Shown: positions 15,201-27,292 of the stretch, piece after piece
Layout of the letters: every line of letters starts with the position of its first letter
Numbering within the stretch: the stretch's first letter is position 1
NCBI GenBank assembly: GCA_965644265.1
Contig: OZ286463.1
Location: 38,750,001 to 38,814,000 of the forward strand
Length of the DNA: 64,000 bases
Direction: 5' to 3'
Source: Glycera tridactyla
Lineage: Eukaryota
The notes under the pieces: generated by a model
Databases searched by the model: none
The model's input: the letters and a program-made list of their open reading frames with translations, nothing else
Told to the model about the DNA's origin: nothing
Position numbers and translations under genes: made by a program

Positions 15201-16499
15201 TATGGTGGAAAAGATTAACGAGCATACTACAAGAATCTCTTGATCGAAAGAGAAAGCAGCCTCCAAATGAGACAGGTCACAGCTTCTGAAAGTTTGGATG
15301 GAGGTTTCAATCTTTAATTACCATATCTTCAGGGTGACGTGCAAATGTCAATCAGCAAACAAGTGATACAGTTTACGATTAGGGTATGATTTCTTACCAT
15401 TGATGATGATGAAGGAGTCATTGTATGATGATTGGTGAAAGATATGTGAAGGCAATTGAGTAATGCTTCCTATATCTATCATAATAACACTGATCTTTCG
15501 AGCAGGAATGTGGAGCTATTAATGTTGGTGGGAGAGAACACTGAGTAGGATCGACAAGGGATGGGGATGAAATGTGTGTATGGGACATCTATAGGACATC
15601 TATGTTAGATATGGCTGCGTGCGTATGCTCAGAAACAGATGCGCTCTATCATTTATAGGAAACGAAGCAAGCCTGGGGCAGTGGATCAAACTCTCACTGA
15701 CCAAAAGCTACGTATTCTTACTACAAAACGCAGTATAGCAAACTGAAAATAATGTAGGCAATGCGGTATAGTGTAGTATGAGGTCAGAACACCGGGCAAA
15801 GGCTCAATCTAAAGGTCTTCTGCGTTGTTGCTAGAGCAAAATGTCTCCCAATACATCGGGTTCATTTTTAGCCTTGGACATCGGAACTCACTCTGATATC
15901 TCCAACCTAAAAACTAATCTCAAACTGGTATTCTTTCAGTTGCGTCTTTTTCTTGTACTCTGAATACAGAATTGCAAGGGTGTGTATGAAGTTCAAAGTA
16001 CAAATTCATTTTAGGATTTTGGACATCTGAAACATGAGACCATGCTGCCCTCGAACTCTAAAACCAAGCTCTGAACGCGGCTCCCTGGTATCCAATGAAG
16101 CATTGGCTGAATCGGAATGATGATCTAGAGGGAAGACCACAGAATTTCCTTTACCTAATTTTGTTGATCATGAGTGGGATATTTCAGCCGAATTATGGCA
16201 GATTCAGCCTTTAGGTGTCCTGCTACTAATTTCTGTCCAATATAGATTGGTCAGGTGCTGACGAGATGTTGGACCAAACAAAGCAAATCTTAGTGGGGAA
16301 GCTCATCAAGAGCAATGTAAATACATCGAGGAATAATGTATACATGTCAGAAAATAGTCTACTTACATTCGGGACTTCTTATGGTATATTGGCAGGAGCA
16401 CGAAGATATGGATAGCAAAATCCCGAAAAATAGTTCCACGAACGAAAATTTTGCCCTTTCCATAAATGTGGCTCTTCTAGTAGATCCGTGTACTTCCAT
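363..16499 (-). CDS. Gene B (3'-partial, continues beyond left edge): secreted or membrane protein with signal peptide, SUEL-type lectin domain, Thr-rich stalk and EB-like 6-Cys module
   Basis: Exons 16367-16499, 4790-4947, 3144-3270, 363-536; GT-AG introns, phases 1,0,1,1 join in frame. Confidence 0.85.
3144..3270 (-). CDS. Gene B exon 3: second half of SUEL domain
   Basis: Acceptor TTACCCAG, donor C|GTAAGT; EFCHGKNRCQHLGVGWRNINTPGCADIYTNYVHIVYQCVRDA (not in the supplied ORF track). Confidence 0.9.
3330..4078. repeat. 30-bp minisatellite (~24 units, consensus GATATGATGGCTATGAAAGCACTGAGTTCA) with ~180-bp higher-order duplication
   Basis: 10-aa periodicity in translation (DMLAMKALSL); blocks 3790-3895 and 3970-4075 share diagnostic variants. 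Confidence 0.9.
4790..4947 (-). CDS. Gene B exon 2: first half of SUEL domain
   Basis: Acceptor ATTTCAG, donor AAA|GTGAGT; LVEDACYGGYVDINCNSQRIYVTEEVYGRHPLEKCTPSPEGSDCSVEGNFYK includes the YGR motif. Confidence 0.9.
7335..7540. repeat. Compound CAC/CAT/CCT microsatellite
   Basis: Direct reading. Confidence 0.9.
8400..9480. repeat. Local degenerate direct duplication (~8400-8760 vs ~9060-9480) of a triplet-repeat + (GA)n unit, spanning an N gap
   Basis: ACGACGACACCAGCAATG...CTTCATACCC...CTTCA.AGA.ACTGAGAGAGAG occurs twice; GATTGGCT..TTTTAC..ACG/ATGCT.TCTACAA and CTGGTAATGAGGTG are shared. Confidence 0.7.
10950..11960. mobile_element. Probable non-autonomous Helitron/Helentron-type (HINE-like) element with internal degenerate repeats and (TCAG)n
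   Basis: Repeated AGATGGCTAGCC..GAAACT and TTGAAATTCAAGATGG motifs (also inverted at ~19040-19190), (TCAG)n at 11407-11451, end ...GCAGGGCACCGGCTAGT. Confidence 0.35.
12468..13085 (-). mobile_element. L2-clade LINE 3' fragment (decayed RT C-terminus, 3' UTR, (TTA)n tail)
   Basis: LHWLSIEHQM and PTYLSQLPHYYIPSCSPRSSARHLLIVPKT match L2 RT C-terminal motifs; 3' end AAAGCGCCCTTGAG...ATGCGCTATAGAAAT then (TTA)n. Confidence 0.8.
16367..16499 (-). CDS. Gene B exon 1: signal peptide (ATG at 16499 or 16463)
   Basis: MEVHGSTRRATF-MERAKFSFVELFFGILLSISSCSCQYTIRSPE, donor T|GTAAGT phase 1 matches the exon at 4947; implies an 11.4-kb first intron. Confidence 0.7.
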
Positions 16500-17281
16500 T
16501 TTGTCACCACGCGATCTGTCTTAATTGTCCTTGCAATCAAGGACCGACAGTTTTTGCTCCTACTTGTGAAGACTATCCTGTTTGTCTCGCGCCGTCAAGT
16601 TAAAGACGCCATCATCCGAAAGGGCGTATCACAATATGAAAGACGTGGGCGATAATGAGTCAAAAGTGAAACCGACGCTGATTGATACCGATTAATGTGT
16701 GTCACCCTCCATTTTTGTCAAGTCAACAGATCTCGGTGCTACTCTCAAATATTCCTGGGACCAGTGTCCTCATCATTTGGCACAGGCGATTCGGATGAGA
16801 GGATGGTGACGATGAATGCAACGAAGGTCCTACGTGGAATTCCGTACTCAACTGAATACGCAGAAGGACACAAAGCGACAGGTCCGTGTACACAGTCCAC
16901 AATGGTGTATTGAGACTGGTAGCCTGCTTTTGACATACTGTCACTACACTTCTAAATTGAGGTTGGTCTATCCTAATTTCTTTTGATGGGGATTTTGTCG
17001 GTCTGGTAAAGTTCAATATATCCGTTTTTTGAGATGTTTGGGTGGCCTGGCATGACGGCACGTACAGTTGAGGCCAGGCCGATGCCAGAGAGCGCAAGGG
17101 GCCTGGTCGTCATTTACATACACGTACCCTGCGGGTTCAAACTGTCGGCCCTCAGGGCCAAAATGAGTATTGTTGCTTGTGATAGGCACCTACCGACGCC
17201 GCAGTATCCACCTCGCTATTTTAACCACAGCAAGAATACACGAGACCGTCCCACCGTGATTGCGCTCAACCCTTCACCACA

Positions 17282-17478
17282 AATTGGCCACATCCATGGG
17301 ACCCCTCCCCACTCCTCTCGATTTTTCACAACATCAAAGCGCCCCAACCCGCCCTTCTCGATTTTGTATGACATCCAAGTGATCCCTCCCCGCCCCTCCC
17401 GATTTTGTACTACATCCAAGCGACCCCTCCCCGCCACCTCTAGATATTGCACCACATTTAAGTGACCCCTCTCCACTA
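17282..17478. repeat. ~41-bp degenerate tandem repeat, 5 units (GGGAGGGGTCRCTTGGATGTAGTACAAAATCG... on minus)
   Basis: Periodic motif by eye. Confidence 0.75.
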
Positions 17479-17869
17479 CCTCTCAAGACCGCACCACATC
17501 ATAGCGTATCCTTCTGGACAGAGGAAAGCATAGGCGATTTCTTGGTTCGGAACATCATGTGTCGAGCACCCTTGGATTCTCCGCTTTTTCTGTATCTGTG
17601 AGATAACAATGATGTCAATAATGANNNNNNNNNNNNNNNNNNNNNNNNNNNNNNNNNNNNNNNNNNNNNNNNNNNNNNNNNNNNNNNNNNNNNNNNNNNN
17701 NNNNNNNNNNNNNNNNNNNNNNNNNNNNNNNNNNNNNNNNNNNNNNNNNNNNNNNNNNNNNNNNNNNNNNNATGAACGAAATGAGTATAGTATTATGATC
17801 ATCATCATTGATGATGGTGATTCATATAGTTCCGTTATCCATAGAATGTTCAAAGCGCTTCATAAATCT

Positions 17870-18170
17870 GAGATTAAATGGCATGCATCAACCAGGGGAT
17901 TATGTATGCTGTGTGTTCTCGGTCAATAGAAGCTAGATGTTCTCTCCCTGCAAACATCACTTACGCAAACCCTGAACACAAGATGATGGGGTTGTCAAGT
18001 GGAAGTAGCTAACAGTTCAGACACACCGCTACCAATCTAACATGAACATATCAAACCCGATGATGGAATATCTAACCATGTAATTAGCAGGAAGCTGACA
18101 CTCAAGCCTAATAGCAATGTTCTCTTTTGAGCAGATCGCAGCACTTGAAACAAGGAAAATCCCTCCATAA
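17870..18170 (-). mobile_element. Retroposon family R copy (degenerate 3' part)
   Basis: Shares CTCTCCCTGCA.ACATCACT..CACAAACCCTGAACACAAGATGATG...GTTGTCAAGTGGAAGTAGCT with other copies. Confidence 0.8.
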
Positions 18171-20386
18171 ATGAATGCGTACAAGACAATGCAATCTATC
18201 ATTACATTTTATCGTTTGAGATAGTTTTCAATCTGCAGAAGTCCAAATTGAGTATCACGCGAATGAGCTATTATAGTAGGCCACGGCACGCACACACATA
18301 TTTTCACGTGCCACTGATCCTTAAGTCATAACTGACTCGCTTTCCCTATTTATGCATCCTATTCAGGTGGTTTACAGCCGAGACAATACACAAATGATAT
18401 TCAAAAGCGACATCATCATATATTGTGCGGAAAGATCTTTTTAATAGTTTTTCGTTATGTCCGCCGGCAATGTTCTAATTCGGCTGTCATGAAACCAATA
18501 AATTCAATCCGAACTGAGAAGTTAGACAGTTAACACTTGCTGTCCTAGCCCCTCTATATCAGAAACTAATCCTCATGTTCTACAACCACAAATATCTAAT
18601 GGATTGATCGGAAGGGAGTGAACGGGAAGTTCGCAATCAGTTTCAGCACTGTCACCATAATCACCAGCATTATCTCCGACGCAAGCACCCACAGAAACAC
18701 CTGCACCGACACCTGTTGGACATTCCTATGCCTTTTCATCGCGTTTGCTCATTCAGTGATTCTTACCATATCAAGAAGAGAAGAAAGAAACAGGAGAAGA
18801 ATATTATTGCGAGCCAAAATGGTCTAAAAGAGAGAGATGTGTGAGGTAGTAGTTGAGACATCCTGATCCGGTTTTGGCATTGTCTCCCAAAATTGTCATA
18901 CAATATATTATCTTGCCATTGGTGCAAATCAATCACAGCACATATGCTAATTAAGGAGTTTAGGAGCTGAGATTGAGTCATCTATTGGTGAGAACTCTCT
19001 AACTAAAGCCTTCTAAGTGAAACACTAGATAGCAGGGCATGGTGTCAAAATGGTTTCCGGACAATAACTTCGAAGGTTTGAGGGCTAGCCTTTTCAAGCT
19101 TGATGCACAGACTTTCCCAGATTATAGCAAGGCACCTAATCATTTTGGGGCGACCATCTTGAATTTCAAGGTCACCGAGTGCAATAAGGCCGAAATTAGC
19201 TCCTCAAACTTGATTGGCTGGATGTTTTGGTTATTCACAGCAAGAAAATCAGCCTGGTGAGATCTTCTTTCTACCATCTAATGATATGCAAATTGTGAGA
19301 GAAAATGATAAGGGAAATACATGAATTTGTGGATGACATATGAAGGAATCGCCATAGAAAATCTACATTTTTGTCAATTTTCTCAAGATTCGGAGTTTTT
19401 TTCCTGCGAAATTTAGGCTGTTGACATGGTATATTTTGCTTTCATTCAATTCGTTTCATATGAGAAATAGCCCCCCGTAGCCCAATAGATGCCCAAAACT
19501 ATATTCACAAAAAAACTTAGTTAATGATATTTTGAAATTTTCAGTCAATTTCACTAATTTTTGTGTCGTGCATCACAGGGAGGTCTCACATAAAACAGAG
19601 ACAGTCAATAGGCCTGATCAATTTCGGTTAGCATATGAACAAACACAACCGAGTTTTGTGCGCAATGCTTACTATTATTATTGACACACACATACTCACA
19701 ACATACATATATACACATATATACACACACATTTTTATCAAACGCTTGCCAGTGACACACACACACCCACACCCCCCCCCCCCACACACACACATTAATT
19801 TGTGCACACACGCACATATGTTGAAAACACTGGCACCTCGACTTGTGATGTGTCAATTGTTTGGAGCGAATACAGATCACGCGAGCACCTTCTGCCCTCG
19901 GCAAGCTGCCATGTCTTCACCGAGGTAAGTGATTGTCTTGAGCTACCAGACAGGAGCAAACACCATGGGCATGGCCAATGCAAATGATCGACACAGAAAT
20001 TCACAGTGTAAGAGTACGTCACACCAAAGCATGGCGTATAATAGGTGGTTTTGCATGGGATATTTGGTGCTCAGGTGGGCTGATTAGTAGGTTGCCGTGC
20101 TCTCTCGTTAGAAGTTCAACCAGTTGTTTATTTGCCGGCCCATCCTTCTTTCCTTTCTCGTCCACTCAATCGCTAACTTGTTAGCCCAATCATTGGGATG
20201 GAAAGACATGTCTAAATCTATGGTTTTATGTATGTTCATATGTGCTGCATTCGCAGCATCAATCGAGGGAGTGATCGTGTACTAATCTAGGGCTCATAAC
20301 TAGCCTGCCCTTGCCAGCACAATTGCATCACCTCTATACAAGAGCAACTGACAACAAATGACACCCTGAGTAATGACCATGACAGT

Positions 20387-20619
20387 TTGTTTGTTTGTTT
20401 GTTTGTTTGAGGTTTAACGGCATGTATCAACTCACTGGATTATTTATGCTGTTCTCTCCCCTGCAGACATCACTCTCACAAACCCTGAACATAAGATGCT
20501 GTCAAGTGGAAGTAGCTGACAGTTCCAACACACCTCTACCTAATCTGAGTATATACATAATAAACATATGATGGCATTTCTAACTATATAGCTCGCTGGA
20601 AGCTAACACCCAAGCCTGA
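20387..20619 (-). mobile_element. Retroposon family R copy, 5'-truncated, (AAAC)n tail, ~12-bp TSD
   Basis: Flanked by GACCATGACAGT (20375-20386) and GACCGTGACAGT (20620-20631). Confidence 0.85.
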
Positions 20620-22589
20620 GACCGTGACAGTAGTTTCTGCATCAAACAACCTACTTTGGGAAAAGCTGCTTGCGAACTCTCTTAGGCCGTCATTGACAAA
20701 TCTATTCTTGTCGAAATGTTCACCTTCTGGGCGATGTCATGAACATTTATCTGAGTGAAATTGTCCTTATGGTACCAGTATCTAGTTCGGTGTGTCTAAA
20801 TAATTCACTTATCATCTCATCGATGCTGCCGATTACCGAACGATGCACCATCTCAAATAGTGTCATTGCTCTCACAAAATAGTTCCTTCGTATTCACATG
20901 ATCGGGGTCTCATGAGATCCCTTGGTAGGGCCATCGAGTGAAATAAGACTCATTCTATTCAATCTACATCCAATTCTGCCTTCATACCAGAAATATATCG
21001 GGTTCGGACAGTTTTTTTTCTGCGGTCATTTCAAATGAGTGAAGATAGCCAGTAATATTGCTGATGATGAGCATATGAATACCTTGGACAAAATGAGGCT
21101 ATATCATTGAACCAGGGGATTGGTGGGCAGGGATCAGCCGGTGAGAAATGGGGCATGATGGGTGTTTCTAGACCCACTCTCCTCGATGACTTGCATATCA
21201 ATACAATCAAGATAAAGATTAATGTGTTAAAACGTGAGTGGTATTGGAAAAGTTTGAGTACACGTGAATGACATGGAATATCGCTCAAATAATTGAAATA
21301 TCGTTTAAAGGGTTGGTTGGAATAAGCTTATTGGTCTTTAGGACAGCCGATGAGCAAATTCACCGATGAGAAACTTGGTGCTCCTGTTTATGTACTTTGT
21401 AAACAGTTTCAAATGTACTACTTCTACAAATCACGGGATGAGACTGCTCCCATTGCCATGGTAGTTTTGGGAATGATAACCACACAATTAGATCATCCAA
21501 ACAAATATTATGACCACGGTTCATTGATTGGTTGATGGGTTTGGTTGGTTGGCTAGCTGCGAGGTCAATCACTTGGTTGGTTGGTCGGTTAAATGATCGA
21601 CTGGATGGTTGGTTGGGCAGTCGAACATTTGGCTGTATTGATTCTTTTTGATCATAATTATTTGTGGTGTGTTCCAAGCTGGAGATCCTGTCACCTGAAA
21701 TCAACGCATTGACAAAACCAGAACACAGATGATGGAGGGCTAGACAGCAGGCCTGGCTATCGGACAGATTCCGTGCTGACCCTGACCGACCGCCAGGGCA
21801 ATGTTCACAACAAAATATAGCATTCGAAACCAGTATGAAGGTTTCACGGGTCAGTAATATGATCTATCCGCGCCAGATAGAGCATCATTAGGAGCAGACA
21901 TCCAAGGAGAGCGATTATGGAGGATTAGTGATGTGTGACAATCTGCTGAATATAGACACCTCATAACGACACGTTCCTCTGCTACTATATATAGAAACAT
22001 TATGAAACTCCCATAATACATGACGACTTGGCAACATGGAATATCACCTGCGCCACATACTAGTCATAAATTGTACTTTTTCATAAGCTAGGTCAAGGAT
22101 TTTCCATTTGGCACTCTCTAGTAATCCAAGGAATTTCCCAGGGCACTACTCTTGGTAACCCTCCAATACTGACATCAATGTGCATGCCTATCTCATGTGT
22201 CACCCCGATTATAAGATGCAGTCAGATCCAATTTAAGTATTACAGAATTCATTCTGCGCCAGTTACAATCTACAGTGCCTTTTCCTACGTAGTGTGAACC
22301 TGCATTCCTAGCGAAAGTTGCTTCGGCCCCGAGGAATTGGTTGATTGCTTGTTTGGCTATTCGCTTGGTGGGGTGGTTACTTGGTTGCTTGGTCGTCTGA
22401 TTGGCTGGCTGGCCGGCTGGCTGCCTATGGTTGCTTTAGACTGGCTGGCTGGCAGACTGACTGACTGATAGGTCAGAGTTTAATTACATGTATCGATCCA
22501 AAGGGCCGTGTATGTCATGTCATTCAGATCTTGCTCTGACCCCTGTAAGCGTCACATTCACACAATCGGAAGCATTGGTTGGATGATTG

Positions 22590-22900
22590 ATTGATTGATT
22601 GATCGATCCGTGTGATTAGATATGCTGTGTGTTACGGGTCTATGGGGGTAAGATGATCTGTCCCTGCAAGCATCACACCACACACCCTGAACACACGATG
22701 ATCGGTTGCCAGAGAGGTGGTCAAGAGGAAGTAGCTGTCACTTCGTGCGGACTTCCATCTGCCTCACATAAAACCAGATGAATCTATGCTTCACGTGGAT
22801 CTTGATGTCATATCATATGATATTGGATATGATTGGAAGCCAACCCACGCATGTGGGAGATATGGAACAGTATCACACCCACACGATGTTAACCTGATAT
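22590..22900 (-). mobile_element. Retroposon family R copy (old, degenerate)
   Basis: TCTGTCCCTGCAAGCATCACACC..ACACCCTGAACACACGATGAT...GGAAGTAGCTG. Confidence 0.65.
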
Positions 22901-23010
22901 CCCTTTCACTGCCTACATACTGTCTGTCCAGTCATCATCTACCATGTGAGCTGTCAAATACCCTAATGTAATACAGGATGTTGGCATGGTGTGCCGAAGC
23001 TGAACGAGTA

Positions 23011-23170
23011 CAGTCGAACCAGTCCACAAATACCACCCTAGGTGGCATGAAAAATGGCCATTGTAAAGAGGTCATTTACTGTGGAAAGTGCTCTCACGGT
23101 CGCAGCTCAAAGTAGGCTTTTTAGACAGGTGACCTTTGTATAGAGATGATCTCTCGAGCAGGTCGGACTG
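23011..23170. mobile_element. Tc1/mariner-pogo-type MITE
   Basis: TA-CAGTCGAACC...GGTCGGACTG-CA (right TA mutated); similar to the copy at 23358. Confidence 0.65.
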
Positions 23171-23357
23171 CATATGCCGATTAAAATGTTGGCCGGGAAA
23201 AGTCACCAACAAGCGTTCTAGGCTATAATGGATCAAGGGTTAACTGTGCTCCTGTGGTCAGATTGAATGATAGATCGATTGATTGCTTAATTCCAGGATT
23301 ATGGTTCAACGGCATGTCACCGTCAGACCGGGATGCATCTCAGGCGTTACGGAGATA

Positions 23358-23535
23358 CAGTCGAATCTGTCTATAAAGACCGCCTTCGGTCGCATCAAAA
23401 AGTGGTTTTTATAGGCAGGTGGTCTTTATAGAGAGGTCATCTACTATTGAAAATACTATCGTGGTCGCAGCTCAGGGTGGTCTTTATAGGCAGGTGGTCT
23501 TTAAAAAGAGGTGGTATTTAGAGCAGGTTCGACTG
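23358..23535. mobile_element. Tc1/mariner-pogo-type MITE
   Basis: TIR CAGTCGAATCTG / CAGGTTCGACTG (11/12 match), TA on both sides, internal GCAGGTGGTCTTTA repeats. Confidence 0.8.
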
Positions 23536-24860
23536 TACATCATTCCGTATTGACAGAGTGATATTTTGGGTGGGTGAACAACCAAGTAAATACTCAAGAC
23601 AGGAAGGTTCCACGGGGGAGGCTTGTCTTGTTCATTTTGCAAAGGTATTCTTTGTCCATTTTGCATTTTCGACCGATCAAGTGATTCAAAATATGGTTTC
23701 CAGTATTCTGGGTTTTTTGCGTGGGTTTTGGCATAGCATGTGCAATCCGTTATTCATGGCACTACGTGCCCCTAGACGACATATGCACGGAAAACTTCAA
23801 TTTAGTGGTGAGGTGTGGGAGGCTGGCCCAGGTTTGAGCCATGCATCACCATGTTTGGACGGGCCAGTCAGTTTAAAGTTCCACCTGTATGTACTAGCTA
23901 ACACACATACTCACACCGCCCCGGGCATTTGACAAGTGGCACACCCATCATATAGACTCTATCAGCATTCAGCATCATCCAGGCGGCCATCATAGTTGGG
24001 AGTACTACATCACGCACGACTCCCTTTGGTTTGAGTTGTCCCTCTCTGCAGTACACGGATTAATCAGAACATATTGGCCACTGTTGTATCCGGCGAATAA
24101 AGCATCGGTTGACATGTCCCTCCTCTATGCAGATCACAGCCGCGACTCCCATTACATATGTGATAGGGCGAGATGAAAACACCATGCCGATGTCGATTGT
24201 TCAATTGGTTGGTGGGTGGGTTGGTTGATTGGTTGGTGGGTTGGTTGATTGGTTGGTTGGTTGGTTGGTTGGCTGGTTGGTTGTTTGGTTGGTTAATTGA
24301 TCGGATGATTACAGCCTCATCAACATCGCGTAGGTTTAATTGAGAACAGCATACTTTTGGGCTTGCGAGGCAGACATTCACTACTGCTGGACCCACAAAC
24401 GGTAAGTGAAAATTGAAATTTATGAATGTTTGATTGGTTGGAGTTTAACTACATGTGTCGATCCACGTGATTATATATGCGCTTTGACACAGATTTATGG
24501 AACATGGATGATCTGTCCCTTGTTGGCATCACTCTCACAAACCGTGTGCCCAATTGGAAGTAGCGGCTGGTTCAGATATCCCTGGTAATTTATGTAATCG
24601 ACGGAATTGCAGGGTGTCATTTCTGATTTCAGTGATTCGTAATGGATCATACATGTTGCATTGTGAGTCACACTTCTTATGACTTCCAGACACATTAGAC
24701 CACATTGCCACTCCTACCTGTCGATATCACATATACACATCCTCCTACCGGATATGAACTAGGAATCTGAGCGATTTTCAACCGTTGATAGCCCTCATTC
24801 AACTTCTCACACTCAGCTAGTCACACATTGAACAGCAGTCCCCGTCCCCTCATTATGTGA

Positions 24861-25320
24861 TTGATGATTGATTGTTTGAGGTTTAACGGCATGTATCAAC
24901 CCACAGGATTATTTATGCCGTGTGTTCCTGCTTAATGAAAGCTAGATGTTCTCTCCCCTGCAGACATCACTCTCACAAACCCTGAACACAAGATGATGTG
25001 GAACCTGAAAGGTTGTCAAGTGGAAGTAGCTGACAGTTCAAACACACCTCTACCTAATCTAAACATATACAAATAAACCTAGGATGGCATATCTAACTAT
25101 ATAGCTGGCTGGAAGCTAACACCCAAGCCTGATAGCAATGCATTTTTTTTTCGCAAAGCGCAGCACTTGACACATAGAAAAGCATTAGGTTAGGAGAATA
25201 CTCAACCAAGTGTTCAATTACAAACTGCCAACTTCAAACCAGCTTTACAATATTTGTTGCCCTATACTCGCAGTACGATGCCATCACACATCCTAGCAAC
25301 CTAGTCGTCAGCCCTAGTAA
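24861..25320 (-). mobile_element. Retroposon family R copy, 5'-truncated, 15-bp perfect TSD
   Basis: CCCCTCATTATGTGA at 24846-24860 and 25321-25335. Confidence 0.9.
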
Positions 25321-25419
25321 CCCCTCATTATGTGAGTCAAGGTTGTTGTTGGTGGCTGGGACACAAAACTGTATTGAGATCACTTCCTCGACGTAGCAAC
25401 GAGAGTATTCTCAACGAAT

Positions 25420-26145
25420 TGTTCGTTTGTTTGAGGTTTAACGGCATGTATCAACCCTAGGGTTATATATAATGCCATGTGTTCCTGGTTGATGAAAGTC
25501 AGATACTCTCTCCCCTGCAGAAATCATTCTCACAAACCCTGAACACAAGATGATGGGAACCTGAAAGGTTGTCAAGTGGAAGTAGCTGACAGTTCAGACA
25601 CACCTCTACCTTTTCTACAAAAGTATGATACACCTGACGATGGCATATCAACTGACTGGAAGCTGACACTCAAGCCTGATAGCAATGTTCTTTTTTGCAA
25701 AGCACAGTACTTGAAACAAGGAAATGCATCAGGTTTGGAGAATACACAACCAATGTGTTCGATTACAAGCTGCCAAATTCAAACCAGCTTTACAATCATG
25801 GCTCACTCTATGCTCGCAGTACAATGCCATCACACAACCTAGTAACCTAGTCGCAGCTCTAGTAACCCAGAATTGGTGTGCCTGGTACCCGCTTTTTGCA
25901 TATTGACAATATCTACTACAGGCAAACCATGAGCTTTCCCTGAAGAAATATGAAAGAGCTTAGAAGGATAAAAGAAGTGAAGAAAAAGAAACCATGTTGA
26001 TAGTGTAATTTTGGTAGAGAATGCCTAAAGACAGATGACAGAAGATCTGAGGGTATGTTTCCATTCAACCCCCAAGCCGAATTTTGTTGAGAAAAAGAGA
26101 GGGGATGATGCTACACCTAGGCCACATCATCTCTGATGGCAACAC
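25420..26145 (-). mobile_element. Retroposon family R copy (long)
   Basis: Starts (TTTG)n-AGGTTTAACGGCATGTATCAACC and is colinear, in reverse complement, with the copy at 43085-43920. Confidence 0.8.
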
Positions 26146-27123
26146 TTCCAAGAAAATGACCCGCGCACATTGGTGGCTGCCATCTCTAGAGACCCTGGAC
26201 TCCCACTATTCTTAACGAAGATTTGAACAAAAGCTCAAATCCCCAAATCGTTCAACTAAACCAGCTTCCGTGCATCTGAATAAACAAGTTTTAGTTCGAT
26301 TCGGACTTGCGTTAAGCGGATGATCACAACAATGAAAGCATACTATCGAAACACTTATTCGGAAATTGCTTTGTTCAAAAAATATGAAAGTGCAAAAACA
26401 ATACTTATCATTTTATAAGTGCAAGAACGATACAGTTGTCCTCATCAGTATCTGGGTGAGAGCGTAAAAAATATTTGTCAAGACAAACCTCCTTACACGT
26501 GCAGTTAGAAGACAAACACATAGAGTCTGCAAGAAGTAAACACTGACGCAAGGATCCCAAACATAGTAACAGTAAACATCTGCTTGCCGGGCTTGATGTC
26601 GAAGATGTAAAAGGGGACTTCTGATGAACCTCTAAGACCATGTAACCTGCAAATGCGAAACCAATTTAAGACGCCTCCACTCGGCCTGAGATCAGGGTTG
26701 CATCCATGATTTCCAAAATAGGAGCAATTGGTCAATCAACTCAAGATATTTGGCATATCTACACAAAATTCCCATAATGGATTCATTTGATATGAAATAG
26801 TGCAAGCCTCCATGTTGAATAGTGGGCATCATGTCCCCTGATAGCCTTGAAAAGGGGTCAACGTGTGATGAATTGGGTGTGATACCCCCAGGTCCCCTTT
26901 GGATGCAACCCTGTAAGACGCCTCAAGATAATCCACATTTGCGATGCAGTACAGTTTTACACCAATATCGAAAAATGTCGAAAATGTCTTGAGGAATATA
27001 AACACGCATGTAGTCGAGTAATGCTGGTATTGGTCTGTCAATTCCCTGTTCTTGTATCGGTGATTGCCAAAGTTCACAGCAGAAGAAGTGCTAGTTCTAA
27101 CAGTGAGCTGCAGCTAGATATCG

Positions 27124-27292
27124 TTAGAATCCAAGCCGATTGTTCTTCTTGTCGACGACCAGTTTGGACTTCTGGTCGCCGTCGATGTAGACCTCGGTGA
27201 TGAAAGCGAAGCCGTTTCTGCCGCGTTCGCCGGAGTGTGATGACGCTGGTGACGGGGCTACGCCTGCTTCCACACTTCCCGCCCAGTCCGAC
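27124..27292 (-). CDS. Gene A exon 7: cytoplasmic tail and stop
   Basis: Acceptor GTTTCAG, phase 2; SDWAGSVEAGVAPSPASSHSGERGRNGFAFITEVYIDGDQKSKLVVDKKNNRLGF*, strong C-ending codon bias. Confidence 0.85.

Noticed and set aside
17216-17476. Ankyrin-like peptide GHLNVVQYL in a minus-strand ORF
   Set aside because: It arises from a ~41-bp tandem repeat (not a 33-aa period, frame not kept) and has no splice support.
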